Origin: Haliotis rubra
Lineage: Eukaryota
DNA: 64,000 nt
Assembly (NCBI RefSeq): GCF_003918875.1
Contig: NW_025767379.1
Coordinates: 2,108,001-2,172,000 of the forward strand
Reading direction: 5' to 3'
In this document: in pieces, positions 49,546 through 63,072 of the stretch
How the letters are laid out: each line of letters begins with the position of its first letter
Position numbering within the stretch: position 1 is the stretch's first letter
The notes under the pieces: model-generated
What the model was told of the DNA's origin: nothing
The model's input: the letters and a program-made list of their open reading frames with translations, nothing else
Database searches by the model: none
Made by a program: the position numbers and the translations under genes

Positions 49546-52500
49546 CTGTTCAAACAGAAATGATAGTGAGTGAGTGAGTTGGGTTCTACGCCACTTTTAG
49601 CAATATTCCAGCAATATCATGGCAGGACACAAGAAATAGGCTTCACACATTGTGCCCATGTGGTGAATCAAACCCAGGCATTCACCCTGGTAGGATCCTT
49701 TAACCACTAGGCTACCTCACCACCCCCAATAGTTTGTAGAAGAGTTATATTAGATGAAATGTGATGTTCTACAGTCAAACCACTTCAGTGGCTATCGGAT
49801 ACCAAATGGTATCACCAGTTAAATCTGAAAGTCATACAGAAGACAAAAAGATTTTCTAATCATACATACCCCTTCCAACCCATCAAATTGAATGTTCGAA
49901 AACCTCAGTGTACACAGCAAACTACTTTACCTTGTCCGGGGGGTGGATGTGCTGGGTAGTGTTGGTAGTTGACTGGCTGCTGTGGCATCGGTTGCTGTGG
50001 CATGGGCTGCTGTGCTGGGTACAATATCGTGTGATTGGCCGGGTAGGAAGTTGTTGTTGTTGTGGTTGTGTGTGCTTGAGGAGCCGGTGAGTAGAGTGTG
50101 CGGCCTGTGTACCCACGTCGTCGACGACACACACAGAAACAGACGATGATGATGACAATAATTACCAAGACTATAATTCCCACAATTATACCGATGACAC
50201 CTGACATTGTTGTTGAAGTTCTCTCGATATCTGCCAACAAATATTCAACATTGTTCAATATACAGTCATCATTCTATGGTTTTGATTTCAGTTCTTAGTA
50301 CAATTAATCAAAGAGTTATTAGTAATCATAATCGATTTATTACCGCTGAGCAATCATGAATTATTATGATCAGAATCCTATTACTTCAATTCATGACTTT
50401 TTGTTTCTTTGTTGTTTCATGCTGCACTGAGCAATATTCCAGCAATATTCCAGCTAAATGGCAGCAGCCTGTAAATAATGGAGTCTGGATTAGACAATCT
50501 AGTGATAAGCAGCATGAGCATCGACCTAAGACCTGTGAAGATACGGGTTAGAATAGATCTTCAATAACCCATGCTTGTCGTAAGAGGCGACTAAAGGGAT
50601 CGGGTTGTCAGGCTCGCTGACACGTCTTTGTACCCCAATTGTGTAGATCGATGCTCATGCTGTTGATCACTGGATTGTCTGGTCCAGACTCGACTATTTA
50701 CAGACCGCTGCCATATAGCTTGCATGCAGCATAAAACTAAACTCACTTACTCAGCATTGATCTAAGCATTTGGGATTCTATGATGTGTCATCTTATGACA
50801 AGCTTCTAACCCAGATATTCACAGGTTTTCAATTCATGAATCGTAAATCATAATCAGTTTATTCCAATCACTCAAATTATGGAAATTTATCGGTTATCAA
50901 TCAGGGTACAGGGTTATTTTTTCAAAAGTCAACAAATAATCTGCATTTCCATTTGCCTCAAGGCTAAAGTTGTGGTCCATACAGAAAATTTCACCAGTAT
51001 TTCCTGAATTTGACTTGCCTCTGACAAGTAGATATTAAATTCAAACCTTGTTAGTTTCGTATTTTTTAGAAATTAAAACAGTTGTAAGCATAATTGCTAT
51101 TATCATGATCTGACTTTTATACAGAAGCCCAAATGATAGTGATACAGCTTTGAAGCAAGTTTGTTCGTTTATTGTTTAATATTCCCGCTATATGGTGGGG
51201 GCCTATATATAATCAAGTCAGGACCTGACAATCCAAATACAAACAGCATGAGCATTGTTCTATTCAATTGGGATATGTTGACATGAGTGAACTACGGTAA
51301 GTCAGCGAGCCTCTTACGACAAGCATGGGTTAGTGAAGACGAATTCTAACCCGGATCTTCATGGGGTGATTTGAGGCAATTGAAGCAACAAGTTTAACAT
51401 GTGGAAGCAGTGTTGCAGTGAGTTGTGTTCAGAGACACCATGCAAGCCATAACTAGTGTGTTTATATGTTTAATAGGAGACCCTCACTTTGCTACCACTA
51501 AGTATATGATGTACACGTATACGATAGCAACTGTAAATGATCACACTAGTTGCATATATAGTAAACTATCGTCATAACGAAACTCAATCAGACCGGTAAT
51601 TATTGTTTGTTATAACCATAGTTGTCAATACACATTTCAACTACAGCCAGTGGCAAGGACTAAAAAAGGAAATGTTTGCTATAGCCATCAGTTCTGTATA
51701 AGTGTATTCGTTACAAATGTAGTTTACGGAAGTACAGCAAAAATATCTCACATGTACACAGCAGCATGTAAAGTACAATCTCTCTGTTACTGGCTTAGCA
51801 CTTTGATGATGTTTATGTTACCCTAAACATCTGCATGAACTTTACTAGGGGATATGGTGACACCACTGTCTCATGGATACATAAGATGACAGTGAATTTG
51901 TGAACCCCAAGATCTGACAGAACTGCCAAACAGCCAACTGCGTTACATGTGAACTTCAAAGTGGCAACTGTGATCAGTGACAGGACAGTCTCTGCAACAC
52001 TAGAGTATCAGCAAACGTTATCATCAGTCAGTGAAAGACGAGTAAGAATATGTTGTGGTTGGAGTGTCTACGACTCCACTGACGTCTTCTTAATTGTTTA
52101 ATGTAGGAGTTCAGTTTTGTCTACAAGTCTATGGACTGTCCATGGCTATGAATTACTTTGGTTACCAGTTCACCAACAGCCCCATTTTAGCCCTTGGGAG
52201 TAAGTATAGTTTTACACTGCTTGTAGCAATATTCCAGCAATATCACGGCGGGGGACACCAGAAATGGGTTTCACACATTGTACCCATAATTTGGGGGAAT
52301 CGAACCTGGGTCTTTGGCGTAACCATAAACTATCTTTGATGAAGTGCATATAGCAAACATGATCAAACCCACAACAATGCAGAGGATCTGCATGTCAGCT
52401 CTACAAAATATACGTCCTACATTTAAATGCCTGGGAACATCCATGATGATTTATTCTGTCTCCAGGGATATATAATGCAGTTCAACTCAGTCAATAAAAC

Positions 52501-53378
52501 CTGTATTTCTAAGTTTGATATGATCACAAGAATAGCCATTACAAGTGTTGTATGATTAAAAATCCCACAGCAAAACAGAAACAACAGTGTGGTTTAAAAC
52601 CCCAAGAACCATCAACATACTCACACTTCAAATCTAATCATACCATCCACATTATTTGTATGCTATCACTATTAATAAAAATGCATTATTATCATGATTA
52701 TACATAAAACAAATATGTAAAATCTAATTAATCAACAGAAAGTTCTTGTAACTGATGAGTTTCAGATCACTTCATTTGATCAACTTTTGATGCAAAATTC
52801 TGCGTTAAGATTATCAAATTCACAAATTCTCCAACACATTTGTTACTGCCATCTTTCAGTAGAATCAATATAATGTTCTCATGCAATTTGTTTCAAGCCA
52901 AATTACAGGAAGTGACTTAGATATGGATATCTTTATGGACAAATTATGTTACGTGTTTTCTCACAGGATTTTGCAGATGAAGATGAAATATATAAATCAT
53001 CATTTCCAGTCATAGTGCGAAACAATAATGTGTATCTACATGTCATCTGAGACAATAAATGGCCATATGGTCTGTGTTTTGATCGTTTGGTTCTGTTTCG
53101 GTATGAACAGCTGACGAATTCCTGTGCTGTGGTTTCCGTGAACTGTGACAACGTAAAAGAGAACGACTATCATGATTATAAGATGTTGTTCATACACTGT
53201 GATAAGTGAATAGTTCTTGGATTCGTCACCATCTACCTCTAGCAGTGTAGGTGCCCAGGTATGTTATAATTTTAAATGTCATTGTAACAATGATACAGCT
53301 CATATCAACCTAGGCTTAAAAATCAACATGATTCAGCTTACAGTCGTCGTGGAAATCGAGCAACCTTCGGGAAGTCAT
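49361..53378 (-). CDS. Small single-pass (type III) membrane protein with juxtamembrane Cys cluster and two PPPY motifs (Shisa-like/PMEPA1/PRR7-type architecture), 173 aa, 3 exons
   Basis: Exons 53378-53342, 50230-49931, 49545-49361 join in frame (522 nt; phases 1,1): MTSRRLLDFHDDY-IERTSTTMSG-VIGIIVGIIVLVIIVIIIV-CFCVC-RRRR...APPPYPGP...GPPPYP...ASAPPPEPY*. Confidence 0.85.
49931..50230 (-). CDS. Gene 3 exon 2 (TM and Pro/Gln-rich region)
   Basis: ttggcag|AT ATC GAG...CAAG|gtaaag. Confidence 0.88.
50530..50752 (+). mobile_element. SINE-like family B nested in an opposite-strand family B copy (50410-50826)
   Basis: Flanked by a decayed ~14-bp TSD agcat(c/t)ga(c/t)ctaag. Confidence 0.85.
51165..51367 (-). 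mobile_element. SINE-like family B (internally deleted)
   Basis: Reverse complement carries the same head. Confidence 0.75.
53342..53378 (-). CDS. Gene 3 exon 1
   Basis: CACCATG start, donor GACT|gtaagc, in frame with exon 2; TATAAA about 40 nt upstream. Confidence 0.65.
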
Positions 53379-54153
53379 GGTGTTGATCTCAGTCGAACTG
53401 AAACTTATTGCCTGTTTATATCTTAAGAATATATGTTGTTTTCCTCTCTGATTATTCGAGAGACGTAGAACACATATAACTTGACTGAGTCCCCCTTTCT
53501 CAGTTTCACATACAGCGCCCTCTATGTGTTGCTGGTTAATACAAAAGGTTAAACTGGTTGGTGGAACGAAGTAACTAGTTCATCACGCTGAAAGAGAAAC
53601 TGTGTGAAAAGTTTATGTGTATAAAGTAAACCTACAGAGGTGCACCCACTGTCTACTCTACCATTTCTGGTTAAAGTAGGGTAGGGTAGACCTTTTGTCC
53701 CAATATATGTGACATGTTCATGTTTCATATATGCTCAGAGAATTCAGTTGTGTTTTTGTCCGAAGTGAGGATTGTGTACACTAATAATACACTTGCGGAG
53801 TCTTCGGGGTAGAAGAATTACATCAAAAGGAAATTCATTGATTGGTAGCACAAATTTATTGTTTTGGTGTCCCCCAATGATCTGAGTTTGGTCCAATCAT
53901 TTTCTTTATCAATAATTCGACATTTGTCACACAGTGAGGTTTTAACATCTACTTTTTGCTTAGGTGCAGATTATGCTGAGATTTGTCTCGACCTCAAACC
54001 TATAGAAACATCTAAAGTCTGTTGAACACATTCAGAAATGGATGACTTCTGTTCTGTGTCCTGACCAAAAGTTCACCGCCTCACTTCAAGAATGCAAGAA
54101 TGGCGAATGCAGTTGCTTGAAGCTCAAATATGTGTTTATCATGAGGTGTGTAA

Positions 54154-54298
54154 NNNNNNNNNNNNNNNNNNNNNNNNNNNNNNNNNNNNNNNNNNNNNNN
54201 NNNNNNNNNNNNNNNNNNNNNNNNNNNNNNNNNNNNNNNNNNNNNNNNNNNNNNNNNNNNNNNNNNNNNNNNNNNNNNNNNNNNNNNNNNNNNNNNNN
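54154..54298. other. Assembly gap (N)
   Basis: Run of N. Confidence 0.99.
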
Positions 54299-54769
54299 CA
54301 TGCCTGAAACATTTTGATTCTTGATCAGTGGGAACATTAGGTTCTGAATCTAAGTTTCTGACTGCAAATAGTGACAAGTGTAGTTTTTAACATTTAGTTT
54401 GTATAACCATTATGCAGGAATGCAATATATACTTTCATTTTGATTTGAGTAGCTACGCATGGTCTATTAAGGATTATAGATCCACTTGAAACCATTGTGT
54501 AACTATTACTAAAAGTAAACTTTAAAGGTGTCAGTCAATATCTGCTCTAGTATTGATCAGCTGGAGTATAAAATTGAAGGTAAAGACAGTTATTGTAGGT
54601 TCTGTCAGTTATTGTCTCTTTTATTTACCAATCAGTTATAGTAAATCCCTTACAAAAACCTTCATTCCACTTTCGTATTTTCTTAGAATCCAATTTAGTA
54701 AGAGCTCGCACTTGTTCCATCTTAATTTCCAGGATGACATTTTTACTATCTTTCCAGGGACGATAACGC

Positions 54770-54785
54770 TACCACTTCCGGTTTT
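54770..54785 (+). promoter_or_regulatory. ETS/GABP-type motif CACTTCCGG in a CpG-richer putative promoter
   Basis: ccacttccggtt; several CpGs in 54760-55260 against a CpG-poor background. Confidence 0.35.
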
Positions 54786-55129
54786 ATGTCAAACGTGAAT
54801 TTGACAGACAAAGACGAGACAATGTTATAGCGAATCCGCTTGTTCTAATGCATCGCGGGAACCACATCTTGCTGTCTGCAGGTTTAGGACAGAGAATATG
54901 TCACAAACAACGTCTGCACATTGTGGCAAATTTTGGTATCAAAACGGCGGCACGTTACTGTGCAGTTTGATGTGACTCACAACTCACATTGTATTTTTTA
55001 ACCCGGCGTTGAACCGGCTTCACTTGGTTTTTCGAAAATTTTCCAGCGTGCTGTGATTGTACGTTGCAACAAATGTGTTGCAAATTTGATTCTACTTGTT
55101 ATTTTATATTTATGTGACCGACTTGTAAA

Positions 55130-55190
55130 ATGATGCGAAAATTAGCTGCAACGGATTTTACAAGTACTACTGGCTACTTCGATGACAGTT
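55130..55190 (+). CDS. Candidate first coding exon of a fourth gene (MMRKLAATDFTSTTGYFDDS, phase 1)
   Basis: AAAATG start, strong donor gtaagt at 55191, downstream of a CpG-richer stretch with an ETS-like motif; no downstream exon found in the window. Confidence 0.35.
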
Positions 55191-55541
55191 GTAAGTACTT
55201 TTCCATATTTGCGCTATCGTTCTGCATTTACCGCCATATGTGCTTTTCTATAAAACGCTTTTGCAGAGGATAAATTTATAGCTTTTGTTTGAAAAAAATG
55301 TTTGTCACGAACCCTTGATGCAGGTTATTGTACGCTAAAATGATTTTACTAAACTTATATAACTTTGGCCATATCAATTATTAACAAATCTACAAGGAGA
55401 AAAAACAGTAACATATTCATATTTTAAATGCAATATAATATTCGTATGGTTTAGACAATTATTTCACGCATCATATTTTACATTCCCTGAAAGAAAGTGT
55501 CTGCTTTGTTATCATTTTCTCATTTTGTGCTAATTTTGTAA

Positions 55542-55855
55542 GGGACCGTTCATAAGTTATGGCTAGGGGTCACCCATTTTGTTCTGGGGAGCTAGGGGGT
55601 TCCATCAATTTTGTACACACATACTAGGGGGTCAGCAATTTTGTACATAAAAATATGTTTAAAATTATGCTTAGAAATTATGGGAAGGGGAGGCGGGGAT
55701 AATTGATTTTGTACATGACATGCAGGGGGGTCACTTATTTTGACCATAAATTTTCGGGGGGGTCATTCACATTGTACATGCTACTCCATAAAAATCATCA
55801 TCTCTCCTTCTCTCTCTTTCTTCCCCCCCCCCTATCATAAATTATGACCGGTCCC
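55542..55855. mobile_element. PIF/Harbinger-type MITE (same family)
   Basis: TIR GGGACCG(T/G)TCATAA, TSD TAA. Confidence 0.85.
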
Positions 55856-56237
55856 TAATCTTCCAAGATATGTCAACATGCCTAACCAGGTTGGGTATAG
55901 CATGGTATAGTTTCCTTGGCAACATACACGATTACCAAAGCAGACATGGGGTAAATTAGCTGTATGGGTTCTGCTTGTTTGAAAATAACTTAGTTAAGGT
56001 CTGGAGGTGCAATGTTGCTAATTATTCATGATTATTATAAAGCCAGATAGCATGTACCGGTGCATGGTATACGGTTTTAAAGGGCATACAGGGATACACA
56101 GGTCCGACATCCTTGATTGTATCTGAATCTGTGAAGTGGCCCTAACTATTAACGTTAAAGACAAGGGTAAGGAAATAACCCCTTTTCATAATTTCAAGTT
56201 GTGACCCATTTTGAAACACTGGCTCTTGTATGTACAC

Positions 56238-56663
56238 TAAGGCTGTTACGATTCACTCGCATATTCAGTGAATCGAACCGTAGCCCTTCATGAATTCAAT
56301 TCGTTATTCGTGGTCACTAGAACCGAATATTCATGAATATTTACTTTTTTTTTAAGGGAGTGTGTTTTACTTGAACCCTTTTGTCCTTTTTCAAAACGAG
56401 ATATGCATTATGTACTAGCCTTGTAGTAGCGCAAGTCATGTTAGTTTGCCAAGGGCGGACATGTTACTGTCAACTATAACTATTACATACCAAATCTGAG
56501 TGTCATGAGATGAGTGACAAATTACCACTGTCAACATGGGCATTCAATATTGTGCATCAATCACTTAACTGCAATATTGTATTCGTGAATAATTATTCGT
56601 ATTCGTTACTCAATATTCGTGATACGTATCATATTGGCAACATAGTGTATTCATTACAGCCTA
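56238..56663. mobile_element. hAT-type MITE
   Basis: TAAGGCTGT...ACAGCCTA, 8-bp TSD ATGTACAC. Confidence 0.8.
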
Positions 56664-57139
56664 ATGTACACATTACTAACCCTACATTATTTACATATAC
56701 ATGTTTAATAGTTGAAATTAAGTGGCAGGATCTCCCCATGCATTCTTTTTAATCATAGGAGTCTCTACACACTTTTAACAAGAATGTTTTGACATGATCA
56801 GCATGTGAGTGGCAATAGATTATTTCATAGTTGTCATTAGTATCTGTGTGCAGTTAACATGCTTATGGCTAAAGAGAGTGGTTAGCAATGGTTGGTATCA
56901 GGTTGCTATTGGTAGTAGTCAGTGCTTCTGTGGAATTGTGATGTTATTGCAAATGATCAAGCGTAACCAGTCAATAATTCATACTCGTGGACAAAAGTGT
57001 ATAATACAAATCTAGACTGAATGTGAGCTGTATAAAAAAATGTTTGATGGTAAATCTTGTTGAGCAGACATATACGTTGTAATCTTGATGGAGGTAACTC
57101 TGGTTACCAATGAAACACCTGATTATGTCTTCTACAAAG

Positions 57140-60100
57140 TACACTCTTTCTCAATCAGAACAGCTCTTAGAACGGCTACTGTCTTGTATTTTTTGTGCTA
57201 AGATTAATCCATTACATATTCTTTATTTTTGCCAATAAAACTATGCACAACAAATATTCGGACACAAATGCATAAACTTGTTATATGTAACAGTTGACAA
57301 CATAATTATGTACAGCTTTAGAAGGAATTTGTTGATGCTGTCATATGCCTTCAGATCACCCTATACATGATGTTTATAAAATAATGATTAACAAATTTGG
57401 AACTGTCATGTAAAAGTAACATACAAGATCTAATGTAAATATCACATAGACAACTATGGTTAGTGCAGATGGTGTTGAAGTACGGCATCGCAAGTTGGGG
57501 TGAAGAAGTTCTTTGATAGAAGAGTATTAGAGTATTAAGACATGATAAGAAGATGTCAGAAGAACATCAGGCTGTGCCAAGAGCTTCTGAGTCCACTAGC
57601 CTATACATGGCTTTTAGTAGGGCTGCAACAAATCCACTTTTAGATGAATGTGGTGCATATCATGAATATCGGTGATCAAATACAATAACAAGTCAGCAGT
57701 GGATGTATTATTCACGTTCAGTGAAACAAAACTAGATTATTTGACATGTCTTGACTATGCTGACTGTACTAATGTATCATACCAGTGACCACATCACTGT
57801 CACATTATATATTATTAAGAGTGTTGACTATTATACGGCTTGGATATATATATGTTACAGGGAATGTGTGAAACCAGGGATTTCAATAATCCCTAAAAGA
57901 ATCAGTGATTTCGAAATCACTCTGACTCTGACAGGGATTTCATGTATTCCCTAAAATTTCAAGGGATTTCATGAAATTACTGATATTCATGGTGTTCCAT
58001 TTCACACATTCCCTGTTATTATATCAATGAATGTATGAAATTAACTGTTGAGTCTCATTACATCCTTCAGTTCTTGGGACTTGAAAACTTTGACAATTTA
58101 CTGATGACACTCTAGGCTAATTACTACCTTGAGTAGGGGTGCCTAGGTAATTTTCTCGCTGCTTTAAATGCGTGTATCATGACCTCCTGCTTCATTTGCT
58201 CCTTTCTACTCTTAGTTGGTGAGCAAATAGTGGGATTCTTCTTCCTTCGCGTGGACCAATGTTTTTCTCACTGTGAAGTACATAAACTCCCTGGATTTAT
58301 GGCAATGGTTGATTTTGAAAAGGCATTTCGTCGTAGTCCTGTCAAAACCTCGTATCTGACTTTTATAAAGTTTTGAGATAATCGAAAAAAAATGTTTCAT
58401 TTATATGTGTGTGCATTGAGTTTTCCACCATAATTTTGCATCATTATTTGCAGTGAAACCAAACATGTTTGGTATCTTAATTCCAAAGGGTTAGGCCTGG
58501 ATGAAAAATACGAGGTTTTGCATCAAGTCCATTATCAAATTGGATATTTTGAAAAACAGCTAATTTCAATTAAATGTATTCAGATAACAATTAAACAGGA
58601 AGAAGAGACAGTCTGGTGCCTGTTCAATGAGCCAGAAGCATTATTGCATGATCAAATACACTCTTTCTCAATCAGAACAGCTCTGAACGGCTACTGTCTT
58701 GTATTTTTGTGCTAAGATTAATCCATTACATATTCTTTATTTTTGCCAATAAAACTATGCACAACAAATATTCGGACACAAATGCATAAACTTGTTATAT
58801 GTAACAGTTGACAACATAATTATGTACAGCTTTAGAAGGAATTTGTTGATGCTGTCATATGCCTTCAGATCACCCTATACATGATGTTTATAAAATAATG
58901 ATTAACAAATTTGGAACTGTCATGTAAAAGTAACATACAAGATCTAATGTAAATATCACATAGACAACTATGGTTAGTGCAGATGGTGTTGAAGTACGAC
59001 ATCATAAGTTAAAGGTGAAGAAGTTCTTTGATAGAAGAGTATTAGAGTATTAAGACATGATAAGAAGATGTCAGAAGAACATCAGGCTGTGCCAAGAGCT
59101 TCTGAGTCCACTAGCCTATACATGGCTTTTAGTAGGGCTGCAACAAATCCACTTTTAGATGAATGTGGTGCATATCATGAATATCGGTGATCAAATACAA
59201 TAACAAGTCAGCAGTGGATGTATTATTCACGTTCAGTGAAACAAAACTAGATTATTTGACATGTCTTGACTATGCTGACTGTACTAATGTATCATACCAG
59301 TGACCACATCACTGTCACATTATATATTATTAAGAGTGTTGACTATTATACGGCTTGGATATATATATGTTACAGGGAATGTGTGAAACCAGGGATTTCA
59401 CGTAATCCCTAAAAGAATCAGTGATTTCGTGAAATCACTCTGACCCCCAGGGATTTCATGTATTCCCTAAAATTTCAAGGGATTTCATGAAATTACTGAT
59501 ATTCATGGTGTTCCATTTCACACATTCCCTGTTATTATATCAATGAATGTATGAAATTAACTGTTGAGTCTCATTACATCCTTCAGTTCTTGGGACTTGA
59601 AAACTTTGACAATTTACTGATGACACTCTAGGCTAATTACTACCTTGAGTAGGGGTGCCTAGGTAATTTTCTCGCTGCTTTAAATGCGTGTATCATGACC
59701 TCCTGCTTCATTTGCTCCTTTCTACTCTTAGTTGGTGAGCAAATAGTGGGATTCTTCTTCCTTCGCGTGGACCAATGTTTTTCTCACTGTGAAGTACATA
59801 AACTCCCTGGATTTATGGCAATGGTTGATTTTGAAAAGGCATTTCGTCGTAGTCCTGTCAAAACCTCGTATCTGACTTTTATAAAGTTTTGAGATAATCG
59901 AAAAAAAATGTTTCATTTATATGTGTGTGCATTGAGTTTTCCACCATAATTTTGCATCATTATTTGCAGTGAAACCAAACATGTTTGGTATCTTAATTCC
60001 AAAGGGTTAGGCCTGGATGAAAAATACGAGGTTTTGCATCAAGTCCATTATCAAATTGGATATTTTGAAAAACAGCTAATTTCAATTAAATGTATTCAGA

Positions 60101-60176
60101 TAACAATTAAACAGGAAGAAGAGACAGTCTGGTGCCTGTTCAATGAGCCAGAAGCATTATTGCATGATCAAATACA
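57140..60176. repeat. Tandem direct duplication of a ~1.52-kb unit (57140-58656, 58657-60172)
   Basis: Near-identical sequence, identical ORFs 58179/59695 and 58212/59728, TACA at all three junctions. Confidence 0.92.
57857..58015. mobile_element. Short MITE (copied to about 59372-59532 by the tandem duplication)
   Basis: ACAGGGAATGTGTGAAA / TTTCACACATTCCCTGT. Confidence 0.7.
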
Positions 60177-61224
60177 ATGTTTAAACAAGAAAAAGATCAT
60201 TTTATGGCCCAAGGTCCATTTGCATGACATGTTTTATCAGTGTAAGAAAATACTAAATGAACCACTTATTCATGACTGCTGTACCGTGATTACCTGCAGT
60301 GGGCCCTATTCATATAATCCATCTCATTTACAGTATCGTCTCTAAAGACGTCTCACACAACGGGGCCCTCGACCTGTACTGACCATACAGTCAAACTCCT
60401 TAAAATGAGCAAACATTGTTACAAAACCTTTGTAAGTTAAATATGAAGAATGGAACGAATTGTAACATGTTCTGTATCAACTCTGATTACTTAAGTCTTA
60501 GCAAACTATTGGGCACAACCCTGTACGTTTATGCACCACACCTTCCCCAAAGTTTGATAACTGATAGAACAAATAGGAATGAACCGTCAGGACATATGGT
60601 CCAGTCACCATATTTCAACAGTAATAAGCCTCTCATAATCATCGGCCTCTCACAAACCCCTTACAATAAATAAACACCCATGAAACACCATTGTGACTTG
60701 ACTATTTGTAACATAAAACAGGTGCCCTCTTCCAGCGCTACATTCTGAATTATGAACATATTGCAATAACATATTGCATACAGTTTGACACTACTTCAAC
60801 CAAACTGTCTGTAATAAGAAATGTGTCTCTTACAGTTTTGTGATTTGTGAGAGAATGTTATTTCCCAAGAGAAGGAAGAGCATTATAGAATAGATGCTAA
60901 TCGGATGGCATAACAAATCTGAGCTCCTGAAGATGGTGGTACTTGGCTTCCTTGATGTTCAGTGGTTGTAAAAAACCTTCGTGACTGTTTTCTTTCCTGC
61001 TCCCCTGTCTGTGGTCTACGAGGTAGATCTTGCCAGTCATCAGTGCTATGCATGAAGAAAATCCTTTGACTTCAGTATTTGATGTCAGTAACTCGTGGAT
61101 CTCCACCTTTGTTACTGGGTCTGACAGAAGTATAAGTGAAACAAGGAGAAGAGTCTTTGACGAAGTCATACATAATAGACTTGACTACATATTGCTTGCT
61201 ATCACTGACAGTTTTTATAGCATC

Positions 61225-61453
61225 AACTGGGTACCCATTTTCTGCTGGGTGAACAGAGGCAATGTTGAACCAACTCACTTGCCACAGGTGAGACCTGATG
61301 TATGATATGTGTTTCGTTGTGGGCCAGGACTGAAGTTGTAGAAACTCTCAGGAGTCAATCTGCCAAACATGGTCACCCATCCAAGGACTCATCGTTGCTT
61401 AACTTCAACTGATTCGTGACGTGAGCTCTATGCACAGGACCACACGCTACCAC
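61225..61453 (-). mobile_element. Second copy of the tRNA/5S-chimeric SINE
   Basis: Reverse complement aligns to 5477-5655 plus 5998-6060. Confidence 0.7.
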
Positions 61454-61515
61454 GATATATATATAATATTATAATATATATATATATGAATATGTATATG
61501 TATATGTACAGGACC

Positions 61516-61547
<32 letters not shown>

Positions 61548-61565
61548 CAGATTATGATATATATA

Positions 61566-61972
61566 TATGTTACAGTCAGATTGTGAAATCAGTCATTTCG
61601 TGAAGAGGGTCAGCCATTCAACTATCCCTACTGCTCGTTCTCTTTCTGCCTGGGTTAACCTTGGCATTCTCTCTGTGTGACTTTATGTGCAGTGATATTG
61701 CAGTGTTGGACAGGCCATTTATACTGATTTTTCGCACGATCTTTCCCATGTATCCAACTAAGACATGTGTGTCATGTTTCTGAGAGTCGGGGCCACAAAA
61801 TACGTTTTGGCGATTTGTTTCGTGCATCACGAACATTGGCAATCGTTATCAAGCACATTTACTTCAAATTTGATGGAAATGTCCAACCCTATTAATATAG
61901 CCAATAGCGAAATGGCTGAAATTTTTAGTCATTTCACAAAATGACTGATTTCACAATCAGACTGTAACATAT
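61566..61972. mobile_element. MITE with ~40-bp TIRs next to a (TA)n tract, inside the Sola element
   Basis: atatgttacagtcagattgtgaaatcagtcattt / aaatgactgatttcacaatcagactgtaacatat. Confidence 0.8.
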
Positions 61973-62908
61973 ATGCATAGTCGTCACTGAATTGTGTGAC
62001 TGTGTCACCTGGAGAAACTTCTCTTTTGATGTAGTCTGTAATGGAGGAGGAAAACACGAGAACAATTAGCTCCCTGTGACCTTCATGCCAGACGTATTAC
62101 ATGACGACATGTGAAGCAACATCGAAGATGTTAAAGTTGTGACAGGCCAACTTGGTTTTATGCTACAATACACTACCATTCAGTGATGGAGCAATCAACA
62201 CAGCTTGTAGATCCATGGTGAGAACTTCACCTTTGATTGCTTTCTGATTGTCATCTGTAAGAACTAGTCTACTCATGGCTGTAGTTTCATGTTCTAATCA
62301 TGACTAACAGCTCAGTCACTGACCGAATGTTGGGTTCCAGAAACAGTTTATTTACTGGAATTTCTACAATAATGGATGACAGTTTTGGTATTAGATACAA
62401 TACAAGTATCAAGGATCAAATGTTATACCCTAAAGGGTGCTAAAGACGGGAAAAAAACATACACTGTCAGTTATCCAGATTCTTCAGTTATATGTCAAAA
62501 CTTGTTGTTTTATGTTTATTTCACAGCATTTTATGAATTTCATAACATAGGTGGTATTTCGAGCACAATACCACTGTAGCAATGTGAATAAGCATCGAAA
62601 CACATCCTCACAAAATGGTAGCGCTGAAACTTACGAGGTTTTGCATGTCACTTTTGGGGACTAATAAGATAGGTGCTTTTGAAAAATGGTTGTATCTTGG
62701 AATTCTATTGGAGGATTGTTATGAGAATTTGACAGAAAATGCATTGATACTAGGTGAATGTATTTTTCATCTAAAGTCAAGTTTGGCGAAATGCCGACAT
62801 ACAAGGTTTTGACAGGACTGCGACGATTTGACTCTTTAGAATGGCAATTTATCGAAAAAGCATTAGACACATTCCAATTTTTTACTCAAAATAGTCATAG
62901 TGCTATAA

Positions 62909-63072
62909 GGGGTGGTGGGGTAGCCTAGTGGTTAAAGCGTTGGCTCGTCACGCCGAAGACCCGGGTTCGATTCCCCACATTGGCACAATGTGTTAAGCCC
63001 ATTTCTGGTGCCCCCCGCCGTGATGTTGCTGGAATATTGCTAAAAGCGGCGTAAAACCAAACTCAGTCAGTC
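62909..63072 (+). mobile_element. tRNA-Asp-derived SINE (family A), full length, inserted in the L1/Tx1 RT
   Basis: 16-bp TSD AGTCATAGTGCTATAA. Other partial copies near 3630, 6710, 8035, 13630, 23830, 32590, 35490, 45335, 49567, 52200. Confidence 0.92.

Larger units (their letters stand above)
59845..62825 (-). mobile_element. Decayed Sola1-type DNA transposon with transposase remnants
   Basis: TIR CGTCG(T/C)AGTCCTGTCAAAACCT, 4-bp TSD ATTT (AWWT). On the - strand VLTMDLQAVLIAP...KTKLACHNFNIFD...YVWHEG (about 62230-62070) and NIKEAKYHHLQELRFVMP..HLFYNALP (about 60960-60870), with in-frame stops. Confidence 0.75.
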
